DNA from: Magallana gigas
Lineage: Eukaryota
Direction: 5' to 3'
Length of the DNA stretch: 64,000 nt
NCBI RefSeq assembly: GCF_963853765.1
Contig: NC_088862.1
Location: 9,486,001 to 9,550,000, forward strand
The translations under genes and the position numbers were made by a program. Below, one piece after another: positions 13,424-25,800 of this stretch. Under the pieces are notes generated by a model. It was not told the DNA's origin. It saw nothing but the letters and a program-made list of their open reading frames with translations, and did no database searches. Positions within the stretch are counted from its first letter, which is position 1. Every line of letters begins with the position of its first letter.

Positions 13424-15545
13424 GTGTAGAATTTTATTATTTTTTATTTTTATTGTGTCGGTAAAGTCCATAAAAGGCTCGGCTCTCCCTCGCCTTCCAT
13501 AGGCTTTACCGACCCCACACATTTCTGTAACCAGTCAGTAACAAACCTAATAAGTAATAATATAAGTATCGTCGTTCAGGTGGCTACGCATTTTGGATAA
13601 ACATATATTTAAGACGACTACATATGTCGGACCCCTGTATTAAGATAAAAAAAATAATCGAATTCTACAGCTGAAATATTTGTAGTGTTTTCTTAACTAA
13701 ACCACAGTGACCTAAAATATCATATTTATAATTTTAAGTTTAATTTGATTGGTTGTTTGTTAATCACCGAGCCTTCTTTACTAAAAACTCAATTTTCCCC
13801 CGCGTTTAACTAAATTTAAAGCTCGGACAACCAAGCAATTGTTATCAAACACCAATAAACTTGAAGGTTCCTCTCATTTCAAGATCTAGATCTTTAAAAA
13901 TATTGGTGTATTTGTGATACCATAATGATGCCTCTTGTGGTCTTCTGTCTTACAAACCGATTCCTCTCGTGGATTCCTGACTTTTACTTTCCTTTTTTCA
14001 AGATACGAATAGTGAACCCTTATCTCTAAAAACAAATATATATTCTCCCGTTACATGTAGTTGTAATAAAAACAATAAAAGTTCGTGATTTTAATAAAAT
14101 TGTGTTACATGTACATGCACTGTGTAACGACATCTGTTTGTGTCAATTACAAGTGCAAAATATAAGTAGACAGACTTTACTTTGAATTTTTTAAATATAT
14201 TTCACATACCATCAAATATGCATGCAACGACCATATGCAAGTAACATTATGAATATTTTTATTGTAAAGGAGCGATCAGAATTCGATTGGTTAAGAGCAA
14301 ATGCTGATTTTGTTGGTCTTGCTATACAAAAGAAGAAATAATGTAATTGGATAGAAATGAACAAAATGAAAATTGCCCAAACTTTAGACTCAGTCTTTAT
14401 CTTTGTAAACAATTAACAAAGAAAATCAGTGTTTTGTTAATTTCCAGATTGAAAAATTGCAATAAAAGATATCTGTTACAAATACGCATAGAATACATCT
14501 CTAAATATTTTACTAAACACAAAGCAAATATGAATTAATCAATTGGTAACATCTGTGCATCAATATGAGTCCATAAAGCATAAAAACGGTGAAGTTGCAA
14601 CAATAATATTAATGCGCAAACTCCTATTAATATTCCTTCGTGATAGGCATTGACACCAACACATGAAAATGACTTAATCAAAATCTGAATGTATTAATAA
14701 AGAGCTGTGTTTTCTTATTTCCTACTACCTTTATAACATTTGTTACTTGCTTAGGTTTGATATTTATAATATTAACAGTGTATGGTTACATGTCCGAAAC
14801 AAAAATTTCAAATCAAGTTTTTATATCAATTTCAAATCACGGCTCTTTATTAACATTTTTTCTTAACAAATTTGTCAAATCCTACATTTTGAAAAACGTT
14901 CAGGCTTTATTCAGTACGTTATGTTTTTTAATAATTTTGATGATTTTATTGCCAATCAGTGCGAAACACAAAAATATTAAGGTCTAATTATACGAACAAA
15001 TTCGTGCCTTAAATTACAACATGATTTTTTTCTTATTTTTCTCAGTTTGAAATAGAATCGGCATTGTTAGAGAAAAAAATGTTTCTAAAATAATCTAACG
15101 TTTAACTTTTATTTATTAGAATAAAGGCGAATGGCAATTGATAGGACTGGATGGTCTTGGAGAAGAAGAATTTGATATGAAGATATAAAAAAATGTTTGA
15201 ATCTTAAAGCTACTATATTTTGAATGTTTCTTTATTTAATATGAGTATATATTTAAGAAAATTATAATTCATTGATCAAAGAACTTAAAACATCATATTC
15301 AGATTTATAAATTAAATATTCTTATACTGTGGTTTCATACATATTCATTTTTGTAGGCATCAATTTTTGTGGACTAAATTAAAATGAATGTTTTGAGCAT
15401 AATATTATGTAATTTTGTACGCAAATGACTTTATTATGATCACAATGGATCACCTCTAGACGGAAATCACCGCTAATTGGTATTCAACGTAAATTGAATA
15501 AACCACAGTATAAATAAGCATTTACGATCAATATCTTGTGAAATA

Positions 15546-15753
15546 CTGTGGTTTTATTAATATTCAAGGTCATCAATTTTCGTGGGTAAAGTGAAAATCA
15601 CAGTTTCAAGGATACGTAAATTCGTGGCCAATGACCCTATCAATACAAAATGTTAATAAAAATTGCACTTCAATGAACATTTAATTTCGTGGATCAACTC
15701 AACAACGAAATCCACGAAAATTGGTATTTCCGCGAATATTGATGAAACCACAG
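15546..15753. mobile_element. Tc1/mariner-type MITE (TA TSD)
   Basis: TA|ctgtggttttattaatattc ... gaatattgatgaaaccacag|TA imperfect terminal inverted repeats. Confidence 0.6.
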
Positions 15754-17165
15754 TAACACAACCATTTATGAGAAGATTAAAGCGACTGTTTTAAAACGTA
15801 TCTCAATATAGTGATATTGATTAGATACTTGTTTTAAAAAAAAAACAGTTGTTACAATAATCTAAATTTGAATGTGACTCGGACACATGTCAATTTTTGT
15901 CCCATTTTTAAAGTGCGGTAATAAATGATTATCATTTTGCAAAGCCTATTTATCAACATGTAAATAACGAAAAGATATTCTTGTAAGAATAATTATAATT
16001 TAGCTGTTTGTACATGTATTTAAAATTGTAATTGAAGAATATAAAAATTGCATATTATCTGTTTTACTCCTGTTTAAAAACTTGAAAAATACTAAGCATG
16101 GTTTTCCGAGCATTTGAACCTATAATCAGTCAATTTAAAAGAAACAAGGAAAAAAGTAAAGTTTCTTTTCAATGCATGCTCTAAAATTAAATGTTGTTTA
16201 AATCTGATGAAAATACACATATTGCATCTTAAACAAGTGTGTGTAAAAGTATACAATTATTTTATTTTAATTTAAAAAGGAAATAATGACTTCAATAATA
16301 TGTCATGTTCTTAAGATGTAGTCAAAAATGAGGAAAATTTGCACATTTTCTCATAGTTTTTCGAACAGGAAAATGTGCCCGCAGCCAGTTGTCATGTTGT
16401 AAATTTTGTATCAACTGGTTGTCATGTAGTAAATTTTATATCCACCCAGTAATTTAAAAATTTACAACATGTCACATTTCTCACAAAGAAATGGGTTGCA
16501 GACACAGTTTTCTATTAGAAAAACTCATGAAAAAATTGATATTGTCGCTTCATTTCAGAAAAAATCCGGAAAATTTTACTTTGTATGACGTCACAATTAC
16601 CCTTGTTAAAATCTAACAGGGTTATTATTTATAGAATCTCTATCTAAATGTATTTCTACTTATCTTATACAAGAATATCATACTTTGGGTTAGTTAATAG
16701 CTTTTTATAAATCGCGAATTGAATTTTCTATTTCTGAGTATTAAAATTAAGATTATATTAATGCTTCTTACTGTTTCCAGAATCATGAATAATGTTAGAT
16801 AAGTACAATCATATGATTATGTTAGCTGTACATCAGAGATAATCATAGATTAAAGTCAAAGGGGAATTAATCTTATGCAGGCCCCTCTTTGGCACCTGAA
16901 AGAACTTTCTTAGATTTACATATTAAAAATGAATTAACATGGAATCCCCCCTCCCTCTCCCACTTTTATGGGACCACGTTAAAACTTGAGTTGAAAACAA
17001 GAAAATAAACAGTGAAATTGAAGTTAAAGGTATACTTCGTTTGCCCCCCCCCCCTTCCCGGAGAATTTTGGAAGCAGCCTTTTGGTTGAGTTTGCCCCCT
17101 CCCTACACACACACACACACACACACACAACGATGCTACGTTCCTGTTCTTTTATATAATTTTGT

Positions 17166-17524
17166 CAGGCACAGTAGACTGGTGTCATAGATTTAATAAT
17201 GAAGAAAATTCCCGTGGTTATAGTGCTAACATTTGATTATTGTAAATTTTGTGTTTTAAGATCTCCTCAGCTGAGTTACCTAAGATAGCTGTAAATTAGC
17301 TGTTCATCAAAGACTTGCTAATAGATCATAGATCATAGAAAATCATATATTAAAGTCAAAGGGAAATAAATCTTATGGTCTTTATTAAATTTTGCTAGGC
17401 ACAGTAGACTGGTGTCATAGATTTAATAATGAAGAAAATTCCCGTGGTTTTGGTGCTTACGTTTGATTATTGTAAATTTTGTGTTTTTAGATCTCCTCAG
17501 TTGAGCTACCTAAGATAGCTGTAA
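17166..17524 (+). repeat. Local direct duplication (~130-bp unit, ~230-bp period)
   Basis: aggcacagtagactggtgtcatagatttaataatgaagaaaattcccgtgg ... cctaagatagctgtaa occurs at ~17166 and ~17396. Confidence 0.85.
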
Positions 17525-20500
17525 TGGTATTAAGTGATTCTCATAACATACACTTTTTTATTCATATCAATTATGAGTTCTAAAAGAAACACATCCTAAT
17601 GGCAATCAGAGTATATTGTTACATGTAACAACTTATATTGAAGTAATTCTCATAAGAATGATTAGCCTTTAATTCTTTGATGATTACATTTTAATAATAG
17701 AAACACCATGAGAGTGCTACACATTTTTTTGGATAAATACTGCAATGTATGATATACAAAATTACTTACGCGATGAAAGAGATGAGAAGCGGACAAGAAC
17801 ACATTTTATCAATATAAAACAATATAAAAAATGGGAACACTGCGTTTTCTTTTATATTAAAGTAATTGGAAATAAAAGCAATACAAACTAAAGCTTTGGA
17901 CATTATTTATTAACAAATAAAAGACTACAGAAGAGATCACTGAAGAAATCTGAGGAAACAACTGAAATCTAGTGAGAGTTGCAGGGTGTTTACATACATG
18001 TACAAGCCAGGGAATACTGAAACAACGCAACGTACGCGTGAGGTGGCGAAGTTGTCTTACCCAATCTCACTATCTGAAAGATAATTTTAAAGTACCTTAA
18101 TGAACTGTTTAGTATCAGCTTTTATTTGAGCAGAAAGTATGGCTACACATACATCACCACGGGTGAAGGGTCATGTATTACGGACTTTATTGCGTCATAT
18201 TGCACAGTGATTTATAAGGACAGCCCCATTTGAAACGCAAACCATTTTGACGGCTTGATGAAGAGCGCCTCTCAAACTACTTAACAGACAACAAAAACAA
18301 ATTATTATATTATTCAATTTGGTACATAAATATAGGGAGATTTAGAGTTTTCTTCTTCGTTGATAACAAACCACTAATTTTTTTTAAAGTTTAACTTGGG
18401 AAATATTCTAGTACGTTTCACGCAAAATTCATCGATATATATGCAATTGTTTACATGCTACTTATTATCACTTTGTTTCGATTAAATCAATAAATTTTGA
18501 AATAATAGTCCCCTGTAAAAATTGTTGTGTTCTATTCCTGACATGTTTAATTTCCTGACATATTGTTCCGCGTGGTTTTATCACAGAACCAGGGATGGGG
18601 TAATAAAAAAAAAAGCAAATGTAATTAAGCATAAATAATTACTTTTTGCAAAGAAATTGGAAGTTACTTGTTATTGAGCCCGTCTTCAAGTACAACTAAT
18701 TAAATATATCAATAACAAATGCATTCCAAAAGGTTCCATGTATTTTCAATTTCTTTTAATTACATTTTAATTACCTTCTTTTTCAAGTCAAAGGTTAAAA
18801 GGGTGTGTGATAATGATGTATATTTTGCTTTTCTGATTGACATGGTCTTGTGTTAGTGCCATAATTTAAATGTCTCATGATGTTTGTAGTTTGTTTATGC
18901 AGTAAAACACACTGTCCCGGGCAATATGTAAAGATACAATTTTGTTCAGCTGTGAACCTCTCTCATACAGAAAAACAAAACGAATTAAGTTCAGTTTAGA
19001 AAAGGTTTTAAATATTTAAAAAAAAAACAATAAGGTAATTGAGATGTATTTGATTTGGCAAAGTAATTGAGAGTAATTATTACAATTGAAAAAATAACGT
19101 TATTGTATTTGCAAATAATTGACAAAATTATAGACCTATGAGCTTATTGCTACACTTCTATAAAATGACCTTACTGAAGCAAAGTACGTTTTAGTAAGCA
19201 ATACAAATATATTTATATAATATATAATGCCAGTTCATTTTTATCCAAACACACACACTTTTATTTCAAAGAAATATCAGTGAAACATATGCTTTTTCAT
19301 CTATTCTACTTAGTTATTAGAGAAAGAATACATCTGTAATACTTGTGTTTGTATCAATGTTTTTCTACACTAAGGAAAGAAATATCATAAATTCTATGTC
19401 CATGTCTTGCATCAGTAACTATATGAACTATATTTCAGCTAATGAATGGAGGACAATATCACGATATTTATCACTGCAGACTTAAATTTGTCTAATTGCT
19501 ATTTGTGAACCCCATACAGAGAACTTTGCTGTTATTTAGATAAGGGTACAGTCATTGAACCTTTTTCATGCAGAATATTGTTGACATTTCGTAGTAAATG
19601 TGTTTTGCGGCTCACGACGATAATTTATGGTATGGAAAAATTCGAATTTTACTTTAAAGACTGGGTACAACGTGATAGAAAGAATATCTCATGATTTGCA
19701 ATGGTATATGATTTACATCTAATTCGTTGTGTTTTCAATCCCCAGGTCAAAGGCTTGGGAATGAAAAACAGAAAAATCCCAAATCATCAGAGATTTTAAA
19801 TTTATTCGCAACGACTTTATTTGGTAATGTACCAGAAACAAACTGGTTATCGGCGATTAATTTTTGCAATAAAGTGGTTAATAATCTGAAATATAAATAC
19901 CAAAGATATTTAAGGACTGGTTTCCGGCGAAAAGTATTTGCGACGCCGATGCTCTCGTGAAAAAAATCGTACACGAATAAAAATATAGCTTAGAGTAAAT
20001 CAGTAAGCATTTGATTAACAAACCAAATGATCCATTGAGGTGGGTTTCTATCATCTTTTGGCGATGGTTTAGGTGCATGTCACCCTTCAAGTAAGGTTAT
20101 GTTTGCATGATTTTGACCATTGAGTACATTTTGACCTATGGGGTGTTTTTTTTTTTTTTACATTTGTGAAGAAGAAATGTTTTGTTAAATAAAATGTTAT
20201 ATGAATACGTAAGTAAACTTTTATTCTGGGTGATCTTTAAATGCCAAAACAAAATTTTTACAATACCAAGGACGAAGGGTCATGTATATGTCGTATTGCT
20301 TCATATTGATTTATGAGAGCAAGTACTTACTGTCCCTTTTGACACACAAACCGTTTCGGTGATTTTAGTTACACAAGTATAACGGATTGATGGAGAGAAC
20401 CATGGTTATTACGGGTAACATAGACAGAGATAGGCGGTTCAGTGAAGTAAAACAATTTGGTAGCACTTGATTGGCTAGATTAAGTTCGTTTTAGCCTGTT

Positions 20501-20587
20501 TTTCGTTGATGATTCATTCATATTCTTTTATTTGTCAAATTTAATGGTGACAGAAATTATTGTAGTTTGTGTAGCTGTAAACATGTA

Positions 20588-20704
20588 AGTAGTATAAGGC
20601 GCCTAGATAGGGGGGTCAAGTGAGGTCAAATCCAAAATGGCGTCGAATATTATTTAGGTCAAATCCAAAATGGCGTCTGAATAAAGGTAAACAAAGGCAG
20701 TATA
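20588..20704 (+). repeat. Left terminal inverted repeat of the Maverick (117 bp)
   Basis: Exact reverse complement of 41609-41725; contains an internal 22-bp direct repeat aggtcaaatccaaaatggcgtc twice. Confidence 0.97.
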
Positions 20705-20842
20705 GACAGAACAAAGTCAAATTTTATTGAATTCAAAGCAAATAAGTGAACAAATGAACATATATACAGTGTTTAAAGGAGAAAAATGTTAATAAAGAAC
20801 AAATTTTTTCACTCGGAAACGAATTTTTTCACTCGGAAACGT

Positions 20843-22567
20843 TTATTTCCTGATTTCACATGTTGTGTCTCCGCCTTTGAGGGTTTGATCCGTGAAGAAG
20901 ATCGAGAAATAATCATTGTCGTTGAACTTCGCGGCCATGGACCATTTTTCAGTGGCTTGTTCCTTCGGTCCTCCGTTCAGATAGATGTTTGGTCCCAGGA
21001 GTTTGTTGAGTTCTTTGATGTTGAGTGGTTTTTTCAGCTGAATTTCCCCGCTGATATTGTGGGTTCTTCCGTTTCTGACGAAGCAGAATTTTTTGCAATG
21101 TTCGGTGAAGAGTTCCTTGAGACTTTTGAATTTTTCTTCCGTGGCGATTTTGGGTTCGACATAGATGCTCCATGCTTCTCTTGCTTCTCCTGTGGCTGCT
21201 GCTTTCACCCATTCGTCGGCTTCGTTGAAAGTTTCTGTCATATCCTTGATGTGGGGGAGGATTTGGTCCAGTATTTCTGCGAATATTTTGACGTTTTCTT
21301 TGTTGTCCATCTTGAGTGCGTCGACTTCTCTTTCCATGAGGGCTAATTTTTCTTTAGCTTTTTGGATTTGTTCATCAGCTTTCCGTTGAATTTCTCGGAT
21401 GAAAGTTGCGGCTTCTGAGGTATCGTATAAGGGAGTGGCTTGTACTTCATCTTTCATTTTCTGGTTGATATTTTCCATTTCTTTGACATGTTCTTTGTAT
21501 TCTTGGAGCTCTTTTTCTTTTTCTGTCATTTTTTTATCCAGGACTGTTTCTTTATCTTGGAATTTTTTAGCATTGCCGTCCATATAAGTGAACAAATTGG
21601 CTTCCATGCGAGTTATCATGTCATCCTTTTGTTCGAGTTCTTTTTCTTTTTCAGCCAGTTTTTTCTCCAATTCCTTGGATTTTTGTACGTAATCGAAGTC
21701 GATCCAAGTTTCCATTTCGCATTCCATTCGTTTCATTATTTCTCTGTTTTCTTGGAGATTGTCCTTCAATTCCTGCAGTTCGTTTTCTTTTTCGGTCAGT
21801 TTTTCTTCCAGTTCAGCTTTTTTCATTTCTGCTCTCTCTAGTTCGTTTTCTATTATCCAATTGAAGGTTTTTAGTTTTTTGTACTCTTCCTCGGAGAAGA
21901 ATAGGGGAGGAGCTTTTTCTAGTTTGTGGATTTTTTCTTGCAGGTTTTCGACTTCTTCTTCCAGTTTGTCTATTTCTTTATCCTGTTCGTCATTTTCTTT
22001 TTCTTGTTCTTCAATTTCTTTTTCTTGCTCTGCGATTTCTTCTTTCAAATCCTGAATTTTCTTAGTGGCTTTTTGATTTTCTTTGATGACCTTTTGTAGT
22101 TCTTCTTTGGTGATCTGCAGTTCCGTTTCCACGTCTATTTTCTGTTGTAGTTCTGCTTCAGCCTCTTCCTTCATTTTTTCTGCTAGAATGACGTCCAATT
22201 TCAGCCTGTTGAACTCGTTTTCTGGGTAATAGTAATCCTTGAGCAGGTCTTGTATTTTGTCATAGAGGGATTTTGTGCCTGTTCCGGGTCCAAAGGTTCC
22301 TGTCACTAAGTGAGGGTTCTTAGCCAGTCTTCTTTTTTCCTGGATGACAATCATTTTGTAGAATTCCTTGTCTTCCTGCTTTTCTCTTTTCAGTATGTCT
22401 AAGTAAGTTTCTCCGCCATCATTTCTGGGAGGCTTTAGAAGAAAATCTGGTTTTTCTTCTTCTTTTTCTTTTTTCCCGGCGAATGAGAATCCCAAAAACT
22501 GCCTGTCTGGTTCAATCTGAACCACTTCTCTGATTTTTTCTACGATAAGGTTCTGAAGGATGTCCAT
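20843..22567 (-). CDS. Maverick 574-aa long coiled-coil protein, function unknown
   Basis: Open 574-codon frame with ATG; E/K-rich heptad-like helices over ~aa 120-430; TATATAA box 35-41 nt upstream; AATAAA downstream. Confidence 0.88.
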   Translation of the reverse strand: MDILQNLIVEKIREVVQIEPDRQFLGFSFAGKKEKEEEKPDFLLKPPRNDGGETYLDILKREKQEDKEFYKMIVIQEKRRLAKNPHLVTGTFGPGTGTKSLYDKIQDLLKDYYYPENEFNRLKLDVILAEKMKEEAEAELQQKIDVETELQITKEELQKVIKENQKATKKIQDLKEEIAEQEKEIEEQEKENDEQDKEIDKLEEEVENLQEKIHKLEKAPPLFFSEEEYKKLKTFNWIIENELERAEMKKAELEEKLTEKENELQELKDNLQENREIMKRMECEMETWIDFDYVQKSKELEKKLAEKEKELEQKDDMITRMEANLFTYMDGNAKKFQDKETVLDKKMTEKEKELQEYKEHVKEMENINQKMKDEVQATPLYDTSEAATFIREIQRKADEQIQKAKEKLALMEREVDALKMDNKENVKIFAEILDQILPHIKDMTETFNEADEWVKAAATGEAREAWSIYVEPKIATEEKFKSLKELFTEHCKKFCFVRNGRTHNISGEIQLKKPLNIKELNKLLGPNIYLNGGPKEQATEKWSMAAKFNDNDYFSIFFTDQTLKGGDTTCEIRK

Positions 22568-22811
22568 TCAATGGTGTGAGGAACTGAAGAGAAACGCTGT
22601 GTTATATACCCTCCGTGTACGTGACTTGAGTCAATGCAGCTGCGACGTAAACAACACCTGTGTGACCTCGCTAGCTCTGTGTACGTGTTTGGAGTCAATG
22701 TAGCTGCGACGTAAACAACAGCTGTGTGACCTAGACAGCTGTGTGACCTAGATTATAATACTCTGACGTAGCTGTCTAGCGACCTTGATATGAGTTCGTA
22801 AACATGTTTTG
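22568..22811. promoter_or_regulatory. Divergent promoter between the coiled-coil gene and pPolB
   Basis: GAGGGTATATAA on the minus strand (22602-22613); a ~45-bp unit gagtcaatgYagctgcgacgtaaacaacaSctgtgtgacct repeated at a 64-bp period; forkhead-like GTAAACA, E-boxes CAGCTG/CACCTG and TGACCT half-sites. Confidence 0.6.
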
Positions 22812-25800
22812 ATGAATATAACTATAGCATTATTAAATATTTTTTCATTTTGGATCCATCCCTTGAAAGCGAGAGAGATGAATGTAGACGAAAGCATTTT
22901 GTTGAATAAATCTCGTTTGTTGAGATATAAGAGAAAGCGATTGATTGATGAAAATTTAAAACTTTTAAAGAAAAAAAAAGCGGTCAGAAAAGCTGTTAAG
23001 AAAAAAGTGGTTTCTGACTTTTACAACGTTAGATTAGACAGGGGGCGACAATCTCGCAAATTTAAAGTGAAACAAAATGTATATACGGTCAGCTTTCGAC
23101 CTTTCCCTCAGAAATCAGATAGCGGTTTTGTGAAACGTTTATTGAGCGACATGTTGAAAGAAGTGAAAGAGCGCATGCAATGTAATCCTAACGATTATTT
23201 GAGATTGAATTTGCGCCATCCCTCTTTAGATTCTGAGATTTGGTATGAATTTACTCAATCAAAGAATTTGAACGAAGCTACTATTTTGAATAAAGTTCAG
23301 GCAGTGCAGCAATCGAAAAAAGATTTTACTATTACGGACGGATCTGCTGAATTTGAATTGTTTCACGTCAAATATCCTCAGGGAAGCGGAGGTCAAAAAG
23401 TCAGACATCTACATGCTAATAAAGAGAAGTTTAAAAAAGGAAAAAGATCTGTATTGAAAATTAAAAATGTAGGTGATCATCTCTGTCTCCCTCGAGCTAT
23501 TGTTGTAGCTCGGTTACACAGCCAGCGCCCCTCGGATCCCTTGGAATTGCCCCGTTGGAAAAAACAGTGGGATCGTATTAAAAGGAATGATATTCTTTCC
23601 CCCCAGCAGAAAAAAGAAGCTTTAGAGTTGATGAAAAAAGCTCATTGTGATGCTAATTTGCCCTGCGGTCCCTTGGAATGGAACAAGTTACAAGAAGTAT
23701 TGCTTCCTGAATATCGATTGAAAATATTTCAATTTAAAACGGTCTCTTCTCGACTGAAATTAGAGGCTATTTACAAAGGAAAAGGAAATGGAAAATGTTT
23801 GAATGTTTTGTTGAATGATGAACACTATGATACTATTTTGTCTATGCCTGGATTGACCGAAAAGCAATATTACTGCGATTATTGCGATGTAGGATATAGT
23901 CACATTGAAGATCATAGAGTCAAATGTCCTTACCTTTGTTCTTTTTGTTTGGGGGACACCCCATGTATTTCCGATGGGAGTAGCATTGTTTGTTCTGATT
24001 GTAAGGGGTATTTTAAAAGCAAGATTTGTTATCAGAGACATTTAGAGTCTTACAGTAAAAACTCTGAAACTAGTGTATGCAGTTTAATGGATCGATGTTC
24101 TCACTGTCAAAAATGGATGAGTAAAAAGTTACTCCCTTATCACAAATGTGGGGACGGAAAATGGTGTAAGATTTGTAGAGAAACGGTCGAGAAAGATCAC
24201 CAATGTTTTGTTCAAGTCAAACCTACTCTGAAAGAGAGAGGGAAAAAACTTCAAATGTACATTTATTTTGATTTTGAATGTACTCAAGAAAATGGAACTC
24301 ACGTCCCTAATTTATGTGTAGCTCATCGTGTGTGTCAGTATTGTGATCATTTAAAGGTAGATCAGCCCTGTTCTCACTGTGAACATTTAGGCCCTCGACG
24401 CCATTTGTTTCGTGGTTCTGAAACTTTGAAACAATTCATGGAATGGCTTTTTCAGGCCCAGCCTCACGCTACACAAAAAAGTCAATCTCAGCTTTTGCAC
24501 GAAGGGGCCATTGTCATAGCTCACAATTTCAAGGGATACGATGGGCAATTTATTTTGAATTATTTGGTGCATACTGCATGCATAACTCCCTCGGTGATCA
24601 TGAACGGAACTAAGATTTTATCGATGGAAGTTCTTGGTTTGAAATTTATAGATTCTTATAATTATTTGCCTTTTGCTTTATCAAAAATGCCTTCGGCTTT
24701 TGGATTTGAGGAAATGAAGAAAGGATATTTTCCCCATTTTTTTAATACGGAGCAAAATCAGAATTATGTGGGTCCCTATCCCCCCGCTTCTTATTACAAT
24801 CCTGACGACATGACTTGTTCTGGACGAAAAGCGTTTTATGATTGGTATCGGCAACAAGAAGGCAAATTGTTTGATTTTCAAAAAGAATTCGTAGATAACT
24901 GTATCTCTGACGTAGACATTTTACAACGATGTTGCGCTCAATTTAGAAAGACCATACAGAGTTTGGTACAAGTCAATCCTTTTCAAGAAGCCATTACTTT
25001 TGCCAGTACTGCTAATTTAGCCTATCGAAGAGGATTCATGCCGGAAGACAGTATTGCCATCATACCGAATTTGGGATACGACCCAGCCCGACAATTTTCA
25101 ATGAAAGCTTGTCGATGGTTAGCTTGGATGAGTCGAGACGGGCGGAGGATTTATCATGCTAAAAATGGGGGAGAAATAAATTTAGGGCCCTATACCGTAG
25201 ACGGGTACGATCCAGAATCGAATACCGTGTACGAATTTCATGGATGTTACTGGCACGGTTGCCCTCAATGTCATTCTGATTTACAGAATGAAAATCATCC
25301 TCATCGAGTCGATTGTACTTACGGGACGTTGTACGAACAGACTTTAATTAGAGAACATCATTTGAGAGAACAGGGGTATAAAGTAGTTTCTATTTGGGAA
25401 CACGATTTTGATTTGGAAATGAAAAATAATTTTGAATTGCAAGAGTTTGTGGGCAATTTAAATTTTCAAGATCCTTTGAATCCTAGGGAAGCTTTGTATG
25501 GGGGGCGCACCAATGCCACGCGTTTATTTTGTACCGAGGGAGACATGAGATATGTAGACGTTTGTTCTTTATATCCTTTTGTTTTGAAACATAGACCTTT
25601 TCCCATGGGTCATCCAGAAATCATCACGGAGAATTTTGAGGAGATTTCTAATTATTTCGGGTTGATTCAATGTCAGGTTTTACCCCCTCGGGGTCTCTAT
25701 CATCCCGTTTTACCCTATCGTACCGGAGGAAAATTATTGTTTCCCTTATGTCGTACTTGTGCCCAAAAACTTTGTCAAGATCCTCAGTATCGCTGTCAGC

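Noticed and set aside
20786-22055. Plus-strand Phe/Ser-rich ORFs (20786, 21165, 21440, 21759)
   Set aside because: Antisense to GAA/AAA-rich coiled-coil coding sequence, which mechanically yields stop-free F/S/L frames. The same applies to 27551-27928 and 40699-41445.
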